Of a DNA stretch of 64,000 nucleotides, positions 52,871 to 62,194 are shown piece after piece. Source of the DNA: Candidatus Eiseniibacteriota bacterium (GTDB taxonomy: Bacteria; Eisenbacteria; RBG-16-71-46; CAVPCR01); assembly GCA_963823555.1 (NCBI GenBank), contig CAWGMA010000003.1:320001-384000 (forward strand), written 5' to 3'. The notes under the pieces were generated by a model. It was not told the origin of the DNA. It did not search any database and saw only the letters and a program-made list of their open reading frames with translations. The translations under genes and the position numbers were made by a program. Positions within the stretch are counted from its first letter, which is position 1. Each line of letters opens with the position of its first letter.

Positions 52871-52971
52871 ATGACCGGCAGCGACCGGTCGTGACGAGAG
52901 CCATCGCCGGTTGCCCATCGCCCAGATTCCGTTGCTGCGGGGACTTCAACCGCCCCAGGGAGGATTCTTCG

Positions 52972-53883
52972 ATGCGTTCCATGCGGGTTCCTTTCATCCT
53001 CGGCCTCATGACGCTCGCGCTGGCCGGGTGCGGCCAGGACGACACCACCAGTCCCGATGCCACCACTGACGACTCGTTCGATCAAGGTGCCCTGAGTCAG
53101 CTCATGACCGAGGAGAGCGACTACTTCGACGGCGGCGAGGTGCTCTCGGCTGATCGAGTCATGATCGAGAACACCCAGGGGAAGCGGACGCCGGAGGGCG
53201 CTCCGATCGAGTCCTTCTATTTCGTTCGCGAGATCAACGGCCGCGATGTGCGCCGCGAGATCACGATCGACCATCCGCACGGCGAGCCGGCGGTGGCCCG
53301 TGTTTCGACTCGGGTGGCGCTCCGCGGGATGTTCCATCTGTTCTATGAAGACCCCGATAACATCTACCTTCCGGGAGTGATCGACAAGCCGCTCAGGGCC
53401 ATGGCTCGCCATCGCGCCGTCTTCATGCAGCGTGAGCAAGCGATGCATCAGCATCGTGGCTGGCGGCTCACGGGCATCTCGGCGACCGAGATCCTCTCCG
53501 AACCCACGACCAAGGACATCGTGAGCCTCGAGGTCATCTCGAACTCGGTGAACCTGACCATCACCGACCCGCTCGAGCTCGTGCGCATGAGCGGGCTCAT
53601 GACCTTCCAGCCGGGGGAAGAGGTGACACTCCGCGTCACGACGACCGATCCCACCGATTTCGTCTTCCTGCACACGGGGTCGCTCAAGGACGAATTCCGC
53701 CCCCTCGGGAATGGCGTCTTCGAGGGCACGTGGCGGGTTCGCGAGCGGGTCGGTCGGCGGCACTTCGGAGTGGATGTGATCGATCGCGATACCCTCTTCG
53801 ATGATGCGGCCCCCTATGACTCGGCGATCTGGGTCCTGCACTACCGCGTGCGGGGCGAGTCCCCGGAGCCCTTCGAGGGATAG
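52972..53883 (+). CDS. hypothetical lipoprotein
   Basis: Lipobox LALAGC; GGAGG RBS; no recognised catalytic motif. Confidence 0.78.
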   Translation: MRSMRVPFILGLMTLALAGCGQDDTTSPDATTDDSFDQGALSQLMTEESDYFDGGEVLSADRVMIENTQGKRTPEGAPIESFYFVREINGRDVRREITIDHPHGEPAVARVSTRVALRGMFHLFYEDPDNIYLPGVIDKPLRAMARHRAVFMQREQAMHQHRGWRLTGISATEILSEPTTKDIVSLEVISNSVNLTITDPLELVRMSGLMTFQPGEEVTLRVTTTDPTDFVFLHTGSLKDEFRPLGNGVFEGTWRVRERVGRRHFGVDVIDRDTLFDDAAPYDSAIWVLHYRVRGESPEPFEG

Positions 53884-53984
53884 CCGGTCGCCGGAGCGCG
53901 CGGGAGCCCCGCCAGTCGAGCCGGTGGCGGGCGCTACGGCCCGGGCCCATGGGCGGTGACCCGGTCCGACCAGCGCCCCAACCT

Positions 53985-54018
53985 GAAGGCCTGGAGCCTG
54001 ACAAGGCTCCGGGCCTTC
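53985..54018 (+). terminator. probable intrinsic terminator
   Basis: 15-bp stem GAAGGCCTGGAGCCT-GACA-AGGCTCCGGGCCTTC followed by GGCCTTT. Confidence 0.5.
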
Positions 54019-54214
54019 GGCCTTTCCCGGGCCGCCGAGGGCGCTTGGGCGAAACGCGGCGCACTCGATCCACGTCCATTCAAGTGATCTTCCCGGCGCG
54101 GGGCGGAACGCGAAGATCCGGCTCCCCGCCGGCGATGCGGCCCAGTGGCCCTAAAGCGGCCACGGGCATGGATCGAGGCCACGATCACGCCCTCCGGCGT
54201 TCCAGAGGTACCCC

Positions 54215-55423
54215 ATGCTTGGACATGAAACCGAGGATCTCAAGGCCCCGAGGCGACGGACAGACCCCGGGCTGGTCTGTCTCCTGGTCTCGGGTTTCTT
54301 TCTCTTCTTCCTGGCCGCAGCGGTCGCCCAGGCCGACGAGGAACGGACGAGCGAGGTCAAGCGCACGTTCGACCTGAAGGGCAAGATCGAGGTGCGCAAT
54401 CTGGCCGGCAAGGTCACGGTCGGGCGTGCCCCGGGCGCCTCGAGCCTCATCACCGCGACCGTTCATGCCGTCGGGGCCAGCGAGGCCGAAGCAAAGGAGC
54501 TGCTCGCCGCCCTCGACGTGCAGTTCGACGAAGCGGATGGTGGGGTCGAGGTTCGCGCTCGTTACCCGCTCGATCGCCATACGGAGTACGCCTACCTGGG
54601 CGGGACGGGATCCGGCAAGTCCACGACACGCACCACCTACGAAGGCAAGCGGGTCACGGTCACCACATCCAAGGCCAGCGACGCCGCCGCGCTCTGGGTC
54701 GATTTCGATGTCCTCCTGGCTCCGGGATCGGGGTTCAAGCTCGAGGAGGTGGTGGGTGAGGTCGCGGTCTCGGATGTCGAGGGGTCCGTGTCGGTCGAGG
54801 TCGGGATGGGCGATCTCTTCCTATCGAGCGTCAAGGGGAGCCTGGAAGCGGAGACCGGTTCGGGTGATGTCAGCGTGAAGAACCACCGCGGCGATATCCA
54901 GATCGGAACGGGATCGGGCGACCTGACCATCGACGGCACCGAAGGCGAGGTGGTCGCCGAGACCGGTTCCGGAGACGTCGTGGTCGCTCAGGCTTCGGGG
55001 AAGGTCAAGGCCAGCACGGGATCGGGTGATGTCGAGGTCCGCGACTCGAAAGCGGCGCTTCACATCGAGACCGGGAGCGGCGACGCCCTCCTGAAGAACG
55101 TGAGTGGGGGCGATGTCCGTGTCGGCACCGGATCCGGTTCCATCAAGGTCGAGAGCCCGGCGCTGTTCAAGTCTCCCACCCTGGCCCGCGCTCGTCTGGA
55201 GACCGGTTCCGGTGATATCTACGTCACCATCGATGATCAAGCCTCGATGCGGCTCGACTTCGAGAGCGGGAGCGGAACGCTCAAGGCCTCGAACGCCCTC
55301 AATGGGAAGGTGGAGCGCACGGGAGCGCACGGCCACTACCGCTGCAGGATCGGGGCGGGAGAGAGCGAGGTGGAAGCCGGCACCGGGTCCGGCGATCTCA
55401 TGCTCCGACTGGCCAGCGAGTAG
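54215..55423 (+). CDS. DUF4097-like (putative adhesin) beta-strand repeat protein
   Basis: Signal peptide, many TGSGD(V/L/I) repeats at about 19-aa spacing. Confidence 0.82.
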   Translation: MLGHETEDLKAPRRRTDPGLVCLLVSGFFLFFLAAAVAQADEERTSEVKRTFDLKGKIEVRNLAGKVTVGRAPGASSLITATVHAVGASEAEAKELLAALDVQFDEADGGVEVRARYPLDRHTEYAYLGGTGSGKSTTRTTYEGKRVTVTTSKASDAAALWVDFDVLLAPGSGFKLEEVVGEVAVSDVEGSVSVEVGMGDLFLSSVKGSLEAETGSGDVSVKNHRGDIQIGTGSGDLTIDGTEGEVVAETGSGDVVVAQASGKVKASTGSGDVEVRDSKAALHIETGSGDALLKNVSGGDVRVGTGSGSIKVESPALFKSPTLARARLETGSGDIYVTIDDQASMRLDFESGSGTLKASNALNGKVERTGAHGHYRCRIGAGESEVEAGTGSGDLMLRLASE

Positions 55424-55564
55424 CTGCGAGCAACCTGGAGTCGCTGGGCGCCCAGCGACCAGCGCGGTCGCCTCGGAGCCGCATGGCGCCCCGGAGTAAT
55501 GCGGCCGTTCGGGGAATCGTCTAGACTTGTGCTCGGCGCTAGACTTCCGGAGTCCCGAGCATTC

Positions 55565-56410
55565 ATGACCACGCTGTCCCCATTTACCATCCTCTCTCGC
55601 GACGAGACGGATGAGGTTCTCGACTACCTCCTCCGCGATCCGATCGAGACGGTGTTCCTGCGCGGCCTGATCCTGCGTGTGGGGCTGGCCATCGGCCGCC
55701 GTTTCGGCTGCTTCGTGGCCCATCGCCAACCGGACGGTGAGTTGGGCGGCGTGATGCTGATGAGCACGCTGGTCGTGCCCTACGCCACCGACCCGGCGGC
55801 CCCGATCGCGTTCGGCGACGCCCTTCGTTCCTCGCCCTACGTGATGCGCAACATCGTCGGGGCGAGCGCCACGGTCGAGGAGCTCTGGTCGGCGATGCGC
55901 CCGTGGCGTCCCCGGCCCCGTCTCCTGCGCCGTTCGCAGCCGGTCTATGTCGTCGATCGCTCGTCGCTCTTCTACCTCCCGGCCCCCAGGCTCAGACGCG
56001 CCTCGCTCGGCGACCTCGACCTCCTGGTGCGGGCGGGGGCGACCATGATGATCGAGGAAGTGGAGGAGGATCCGCTCCGCCGCCGCCCCGAGCAGTACCG
56101 GGGCCACGTCCGGGATCGCATCCTGCGCGGGGATGAGTTCCTGTGGGCGGACGAGGAGGGGCTCTGTTTCAAGTGCAATGTCAGTTCGCGTACTCCGGAG
56201 GCGGCTCAGATCGAAGGGGTCTTCACTCCTCCTGAAAGACGGGGGCTGGGATTCGCGACGCGCGGACTGAGCGAGGTCTGCAATCGCCTCCTCGGCGAGA
56301 TCCCGCAGCTCACGCTCTACGTCAACGACTTCAACACGCCGGCCATCGGCCTTTACGAGAAGCTCGGCTTTCGCCGCAGCGGCGAGTTCCAGTCGATCTT
56401 CTTCGACTGA
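55565..56410 (+). CDS. GNAT family acetyltransferase (FR47-like C-terminal domain)
   Basis: GVFTPPERRGLG, LYVNDFNTPAIGLYEKLGF. Confidence 0.85.
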   Translation: MTTLSPFTILSRDETDEVLDYLLRDPIETVFLRGLILRVGLAIGRRFGCFVAHRQPDGELGGVMLMSTLVVPYATDPAAPIAFGDALRSSPYVMRNIVGASATVEELWSAMRPWRPRPRLLRRSQPVYVVDRSSLFYLPAPRLRRASLGDLDLLVRAGATMMIEEVEEDPLRRRPEQYRGHVRDRILRGDEFLWADEEGLCFKCNVSSRTPEAAQIEGVFTPPERRGLGFATRGLSEVCNRLLGEIPQLTLYVNDFNTPAIGLYEKLGFRRSGEFQSIFFD

Positions 56411-56799
56411 TCCAGCGGTCGCGGGTCTGCACTGAAGGGTGGGGGAGACGGAGAAGGGATCTGACGCTCCCCGCGTTCTTCCCTCGCCAGATCCCTCCTC
56501 CGCCTTCCCCCGTCCGCGGCCATGGCCGGGTATTGCAAAGGTCATGCCTCATGGTGGGGCTCGTGATCACCAGCACGCGCTGGCTCCCTTCTCACGGGAG
56601 ATAGGCACCGGTCGCCGCGGGAGCTGCCTTTCTCGGAGCCGCCGCCTGGCCGACATCTGGTGATGCCGTCGACGTTCTTGACCACCCAGTGCGCGGCGCG
56701 CCGGCCGCGCGGCCCTGGCCGGGCGGCCGGGCACATGAGAAGATGGGCCGCGGGCAGCAGCTCGGATCAGTTGGTTTGCGCGGCGAGAGGTCTCGGAAC

Positions 56800-57798
56800 A
56801 TGGTTTCTTCTCCAGTTCGGATCGGGCTCATCGGCGCCGGCCTGCACGGCATCCGATATGCAAAGCACATCGCCAGGGACGTGGCCGAGTCCCGGCTGGT
56901 CGCTCTCACCCGGCGCGATCAGGCCGCGGGAGCCGCGCAAGCGGCCGAGCTCGGTTGCGCCTACGAGCCGGATGTCCGGGCTCTCGTCAGCCGCGATGAC
57001 GTCGATGCTGTCGTCGTGGTCACGCCCCCCGTGGCGCATCTGGAGGCGGTCTTGACCGCGCTGGCGGCCCGGAAGGCCGTGCTCGTGGAGAAGCCGATGG
57101 TGGCCACGGTTGCGGAGGCGGAGGAGCTACGCCTGGCGGCCAGGCAGGCCGGTTGCCAGGTCATGGTGGCGCACACCCTCCGCTACAACACGATGCTGCG
57201 CACGTTGCGAGAGGAACTGCGGGCGCTGGGCGAGATCGTGCAGGTCCGCATGTCGCAGCGCCTCGAGCCGAGCTCGCTCGCCTGGCAGCAAGCGCATCAG
57301 GCGAGCGGCACGGGGTCCATCCTGCTCACCGGCGTGCATCTCTTTGATGCGGTCCGCTGGCTCTTCTCGGATGAGGTGGTGGAGGTGTTCTGTCGTTCGC
57401 GACGGGTGGTCAATCCGGCGCAGGAGGATTTCTTCGCGGCCAGCGTCGTCCTGGCTCGAACACGGATCCATGCCGAGCTCGAGGTCTCGAAGTACACGCA
57501 GAGCCGGAGCTGTCGCATCGAGGTCGTCGGACACAACGGCCAGTTCCTGGGTGACTACTGGAATCATCGTCTCTTCCACGTGAGCGGACGGAGCGAACGC
57601 GCCTGGGCCCTGCCGCCGGAGGTGTTCACCGTCAAGGAGGCGGTGCGTGACTTCTGCCGCCGCCTGATCTCCGGCCGGGAGATGCCGATCACGGTCCTCG
57701 ATGGGCTGCGTACGCTCGAGGTCGCTGAGGCCTGTTATGCCTCGGCCCGGACCGACAGCGTGATCACGCTCGCTCCGGCGCCGGTGGCGAGCGGCTAG
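56800..57798 (+). CDS. Gfo/Idh/MocA oxidoreductase
   Basis: IGLIGAG, VDAVVVVTP..H, EKPM, GVHLFD. Confidence 0.88.
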   Translation: MVSSPVRIGLIGAGLHGIRYAKHIARDVAESRLVALTRRDQAAGAAQAAELGCAYEPDVRALVSRDDVDAVVVVTPPVAHLEAVLTALAARKAVLVEKPMVATVAEAEELRLAARQAGCQVMVAHTLRYNTMLRTLREELRALGEIVQVRMSQRLEPSSLAWQQAHQASGTGSILLTGVHLFDAVRWLFSDEVVEVFCRSRRVVNPAQEDFFAASVVLARTRIHAELEVSKYTQSRSCRIEVVGHNGQFLGDYWNHRLFHVSGRSERAWALPPEVFTVKEAVRDFCRRLISGREMPITVLDGLRTLEVAEACYASARTDSVITLAPAPVASG

Positions 57799-58135
57799 GG
57801 CCGGCCGGGGCGCCGCCGGCACGCGCTCCCTCCGCCCGGTGCCCCATCCCGCGACACCGATCGCTTCCTGCCGGTGCGCCCGGTCCGCCCCGTCGGTTCC
57901 GGCGGGGCTCGCCCGCCCGCCCGGCTCCCAACCACCCGATCCGTTCCTCAAGTCCGTTCGCGCCCCGGTCGATCCAGTACGTGGCAGAGGGGGTCTCCCG
58001 GTTCGTCCTGCCGGCCGATTCAGCTTGCCCGACACCAGTGCCCTGACCTCCGGAACCCCCTCGCCCTTCCTACCGGTCCCGTTCGCTCGCCGGACGCGGG
58101 TAACCGGGCCGGTGCTCCGCACACGGAGGTAGGGC

Positions 58136-58510
58136 ATGCGCTTCGGAGAATTCCTGCTCAGTCGGGGCCGGATATCCAAGAAGGACATGGACGAGGCCTG
58201 CCGCGCGCAGATCGTGAACAACCATCTGATCGGCGTGCTGGCCATGGATCACGGCATGTTGCGGCCGGACGAGCTCGAGCACATCCTCGACCACCAGGCT
58301 CGCGCCATTGACAAGCCGCGCTTCGGAGAGGTCGCGATCGGGCTCGGCTATCTCGGCCGCGAGGATCTCGAGGAGCTACTCACGATTCAGGCCGAGAACC
58401 GGCTCCGCATCGGAGATGTGCTCGTGCTGCAGTCGCGGCTCACCGAGCAGGAGCTGCTCGCCGAGCTGCGCGCCTACCGCGAGATCATGAGGCAGAACAA
58501 GGTCGCCTAG
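58136..58510 (+). CDS. stand-alone MshEN-like repeat protein (putative c-di-GMP binder)
   Basis: Four R(F/I)G..L...G....L...L..Q-like repeats; GGAGG RBS. Confidence 0.7.
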   Translation: MRFGEFLLSRGRISKKDMDEACRAQIVNNHLIGVLAMDHGMLRPDELEHILDHQARAIDKPRFGEVAIGLGYLGREDLEELLTIQAENRLRIGDVLVLQSRLTEQELLAELRAYREIMRQNKVA

Positions 58511-58562
58511 GATCAGCGTCGTCTCCCGGTCCATGAGGTGAGGCGCAACATCGTCCCGGTTC

Positions 58563-59657
58563 CTATCCCGGGACGAAGCGGATCGGAATGTGCCCGGCCG
58601 CGCTCTCGACGACGTGGACCGCGATCCGGCCGGCCAGCACCGATGCGGTCTCACGAAAGGCCGCGCTCGCCGGCGAGTCGGGATGGGAGACGATCATCGG
58701 CGTTCCCGCGTCGCCTCCGGCCCGGATGCGGGGATCGATCGGAATCGATCCCAGGAAGGGAATGTCGAGCTGCCGGGCGGCCCGCTCGCCGCCGTCGCGC
58801 GCGAAGATGTCGTGCACCGCATTGCAGCTCGGGCAGACGAAGCTCGACATGTTCTCGATGAGACCCAGGGTCGTGATGTTCACCTTGTCGAACATTCGCT
58901 TGGCGCGCACCACATCGGCCAGAGCCACCTCCTGCGGCGTGGTGACGACGACCGCTCCCGTCACCGGCACGCGCTGGGCGAGCGTGAGCTGCACGTCGCC
59001 GGTTCCCGGCGGCAGATCGACGACCAGGTAGTCGAGCTCGCCCCAGGCCACGTCGCGCAGGAGCTGGATCACGGCGCCGTTCAGCATCGGGCCGCGCCAG
59101 ATCATCGCCTGCTCGGGATCCACGAGGTAGCCGATCGACATCACCTCGATGCCGTGGCCGGTGAGCGGGCGCACGCGCTGATCCGCGTCGAGCATGGGCG
59201 GATCCTTGATCCCCATCATGATCGGGATCGACGGGCCATAGATGTCGGCGTCGAGGAGACCCACCCGCGCTCCCGCCTGCGCCAGGGCCACCGCCAGGTT
59301 CACGGCCACCGTGGACTTGCCGACTCCTCCCTTGCCCGAGGCCACGAGCACCGTGTTCTTGACCGTCGGGATCAGGTTCTCTGCTCCCGGCGCTCCGGTC
59401 AGCCCCCGCACCTCGGCTCCGAAGCGCACTTCCACCGCCGTGACGCCGGGGAGATTCTTCACGGCTCGCTCGCAATCGGCCTGGATCTCCGCTTTCAGCG
59501 GGCAGGCGGGCGTCGTGAGCTCGACGAGGAAGGACACCCGACCGTCATCGACCCGGACGTCCTTGATCATGCCGAGCTCGACCAGCGAGCGCTTGAGCTC
59601 GGGGTCGGGGACTGGCTTGAGGGCGGCAAGCACCGCCTCCGTGGTGAGGTTGTTCAT
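58563..59657 (-). CDS. mrp: Mrp/ApbC (NBP35) Fe-S cluster carrier ATPase
   Basis: DPEL...LGM N-terminal domain, GKGGVGKST, DLPPGTGD, ENMS..CPSC. Confidence 0.95.
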   Translation of the reverse strand: MNNLTTEAVLAALKPVPDPELKRSLVELGMIKDVRVDDGRVSFLVELTTPACPLKAEIQADCERAVKNLPGVTAVEVRFGAEVRGLTGAPGAENLIPTVKNTVLVASGKGGVGKSTVAVNLAVALAQAGARVGLLDADIYGPSIPIMMGIKDPPMLDADQRVRPLTGHGIEVMSIGYLVDPEQAMIWRGPMLNGAVIQLLRDVAWGELDYLVVDLPPGTGDVQLTLAQRVPVTGAVVVTTPQEVALADVVRAKRMFDKVNITTLGLIENMSSFVCPSCNAVHDIFARDGGERAARQLDIPFLGSIPIDPRIRAGGDAGTPMIVSHPDSPASAAFRETASVLAGRIAVHVVESAAGHIPIRFVPG

Positions 59658-59743
59658 GCTCAGATCTCGCGGATTGGAGTTGAGGGAGGGCTCTTCGCGC
59701 AGGCAGCCTGGTGCGCGCGGGAAATCCATGATGGCGCTCTGGG

Positions 59744-59772
59744 ATGCTAGCTCGGATGCCGGTCCTTGCCAA
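59744..59772 (-). promoter_or_regulatory. sigma70-type promoter for mrp
   Basis: TTGGCA-N17-TAGCAT. Confidence 0.45.
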
Positions 59773-59921
59773 TGCCTGACGACTCCTCCCGGAGAAGGAC
59801 GATCAGCCCAAGGCGGAAGCCGAGCCAGCAGTTGCGCCGGTCGGGACTCGTCACTAAGATCCAGTTCCTTCCCCCGGTGACTCGCCGGAATTCACGGTCG
59901 AGAAAGAGACTGGTCGCCCCG

Positions 59922-61829
59922 ATGAACAAGGTCGTTCTCCTCATCCTCGCCATCGCGGTGGCGGCCTTCCTGGCCGCCCGCCATGCCCCGCTCGATCCCC
60001 TGCCCGCGACCTCGCCGCGGCTGAGCCCGCTCGACGGCGGGCTCGCTGTTCCCGGCGGCCTGGTGGGCGCGGGGGCGAGCGCCGCCATCACGAGGGCGGA
60101 TCTCCAGGCCTGCGTCCGGGTGCTGGCCAGTGATGAGATGGAGGGAAGGCGGACCGGAGAGCCCGGTGCCGAGCGCGCGGCCCATTACCTGGAGACCGAG
60201 TTCCGCCGCTTCGGGCTCCGCCCCGGCGGCGATGGCGGAAGCTACCGGCAGCGCTTCGTCGCCCAGCTCGGAGCCCGGCCCGGTGAGAAGAACCGGTTGA
60301 CCCTCCTCGCGGCCGGCCGATCCATCGATCTCGCGCTCGATCGCGAGTGGCGCCCGTTCGCCTTCGCCACACCAACTCGTGGCCAACTACGTGCACCCGT
60401 TGTTTTTTGCGGCTACGGCATCACGAGCCGTGATCCCGCCTACGATGACTACGCCGGTCAGGACGTCGCGGGCAAGGTGGTCCTTCTCTTCCGCTTCGAG
60501 CCAGGGGTCGATGACTCGTTGAGTGCGTTCGATGGCACCCGGCTCACGATCCACGCCGATCTGCGCAACAAGGCCAAGAATGCGCTTGATCACGGCGCCA
60601 TCGGCGTCCTTGCCATCACCCCGCCGGGGCACAAGGACGACCTTTTGCCCTTCGATGGAAGTGACGAGGCCGGAAGCGGCCATCTTCCAGCGGCCCAGAT
60701 CCGTTCGGACGTGCTGGCCCGCGTGCTGGCCGGCGTCGATCTGGCGGCCGCGGCGGCGCGCATCGACGCCAGCGTCGAGCCCGCGTCCTTCGCGCTCGAT
60801 CTCGAGGTGGCCATGACCATCGGTGTCGAGCCCGTGACGGGCGAAGCATGGAACGTCGTCGGCATCCTGGGCGGCAGCGATCCAGACAGCCAGGCGACCG
60901 CGATCGTGCTCGGAGCCCACTACGATCACCTCGGGCGCGGCGGGCGGGGCTCGATGGCGCCCGGCGCGACCGAGATCCACAACGGGGCGGATGACAACGC
61001 TTCGGGAGTTGCGGCCCTCCTCGAGATCGCCGGCGCCATGGCCGGCGAGGAAGCCCCGGCACGATCGATCGTGTTCGTGGCCTTCACCGGGGAGGAGATG
61101 GGTCTCCTCGGTTCCAGCCGCTACGTCGAGGATCCGCCGTGGCCCATCGCTGCGACGCGCGCCATGATCAATCTCGACATGATCGGACGCGGCCCCGAGC
61201 GTCAGATCCAGGTGTCCGGCGTTGGCACCTCGCCGCGCTTCCGCGAGCTCGTCGCGAGCGCCGCGGCGGCGGAAGGGTTGACCCCTGTCTTCAACGAGGG
61301 TGGATACGGGCCGAGCGACCATACGCCCTTCTATGCGCAGAATCTCCCGGTGCTCTTCTTCTTCACGGCCCCGCACGAGGACTATCACCGCCCGAGCGAT
61401 GACTGGGAGAGGCTCGACTACTCGTTCCTCGAGTCGGCGACCCGGCTCGCGGCGAAGGTGGCGGGAGACCTGGCCGGCGGGGCGCCGATCGAGTTCGCGC
61501 GTGCTGACGGGGGGCTGCCCCGCGGCGGGGAGCGCGGGGGCGAGGGCTACGGGGGACGCGGCTACGGGCCCTATCTGGGCACGGTTCCCGACTTCACGCC
61601 CGTCGAACGCGGGATCCGGCTCTCCGGTGTGCGCGAGGGATCCCCGGCCGAGGCGGCAGGGATCCAAGGGGGGGATATCATCGTCGGCTGGGAGGGGCGG
61701 CCCATCCTCAACATGAAGGACTATTCCCAGGCCCTCAAGAGCCATCGCCCGGGAGATCGGGTCGAGATCTCTATCTTGCGCGATGACAAAGAGATATCGG
61801 TTTCAGCGACCCTCGCCGAGCGGCACTAG
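59922..61829 (+). CDS. M28 family aminopeptidase with PA and C-terminal PDZ domains
   Basis: LASDEMEGR, GAHYDHLG, GADDNASG, GEEMGLLGS, NLDMIGR, SDH, YH, YLGTVPD PDZ. Confidence 0.92.
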   Translation: MNKVVLLILAIAVAAFLAARHAPLDPLPATSPRLSPLDGGLAVPGGLVGAGASAAITRADLQACVRVLASDEMEGRRTGEPGAERAAHYLETEFRRFGLRPGGDGGSYRQRFVAQLGARPGEKNRLTLLAAGRSIDLALDREWRPFAFATPTRGQLRAPVVFCGYGITSRDPAYDDYAGQDVAGKVVLLFRFEPGVDDSLSAFDGTRLTIHADLRNKAKNALDHGAIGVLAITPPGHKDDLLPFDGSDEAGSGHLPAAQIRSDVLARVLAGVDLAAAAARIDASVEPASFALDLEVAMTIGVEPVTGEAWNVVGILGGSDPDSQATAIVLGAHYDHLGRGGRGSMAPGATEIHNGADDNASGVAALLEIAGAMAGEEAPARSIVFVAFTGEEMGLLGSSRYVEDPPWPIAATRAMINLDMIGRGPERQIQVSGVGTSPRFRELVASAAAAEGLTPVFNEGGYGPSDHTPFYAQNLPVLFFFTAPHEDYHRPSDDWERLDYSFLESATRLAAKVAGDLAGGAPIEFARADGGLPRGGERGGEGYGGRGYGPYLGTVPDFTPVERGIRLSGVREGSPAEAAGIQGGDIIVGWEGRPILNMKDYSQALKSHRPGDRVEISILRDDKEISVSATLAERH

Positions 61830-61889
61830 CGGGTGCGGGCCGTCCTGCCTTCAGGGTCCTGACCGGGGAGGAGCCCCGGCGGGTCATCG

Positions 61890-61918
61890 TTGACCCCAGG
61901 GCGGGGACCGGTCATACT
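61890..61918 (+). promoter_or_regulatory. sigma70-type promoter upstream of resB-like gene
   Basis: TTGACC-N17-CATACT, about 275 nt before the ATG. Confidence 0.55.
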
Positions 61919-62194
61919 CTCGGGCTTTGCGCCCTGGTCGCGGGCGGTCCAAGGCACATTTCGACAAACGCTTAGAGCTCCAGCGTGAGGCCAGGGGGGG
62001 AGCCCGGCGGGTCAGGCAGGACGGTGTGAAATCGGGTATCCCGGGGAACCGCGAGGCCCGCTGCGGGGATCATAAGCAGATTCGGCCCCGCGATCATCGT
62101 AAGAGGCGTTCGATCCAGGCGTCCGAGCCCTCCGTAGGAAGAGAAGCCCTCCCTCTCCAGGCGCCCCGCGGGTCCGGCAATCGAATAGGACAAG

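Noticed and set aside
56542..56736. 64-aa minus-strand ORF in the GNAT-Gfo intergenic region
   Set aside because: No RBS, no recognisable motif, and overlapping alternative frames are equally plausible
59780..59890. Possible SRP RNA or other ncRNA between mrp and the M28 peptidase
   Set aside because: Lacks the conserved SRP CAGG...GGAA...GCAGC core; no convincing long stem by eye
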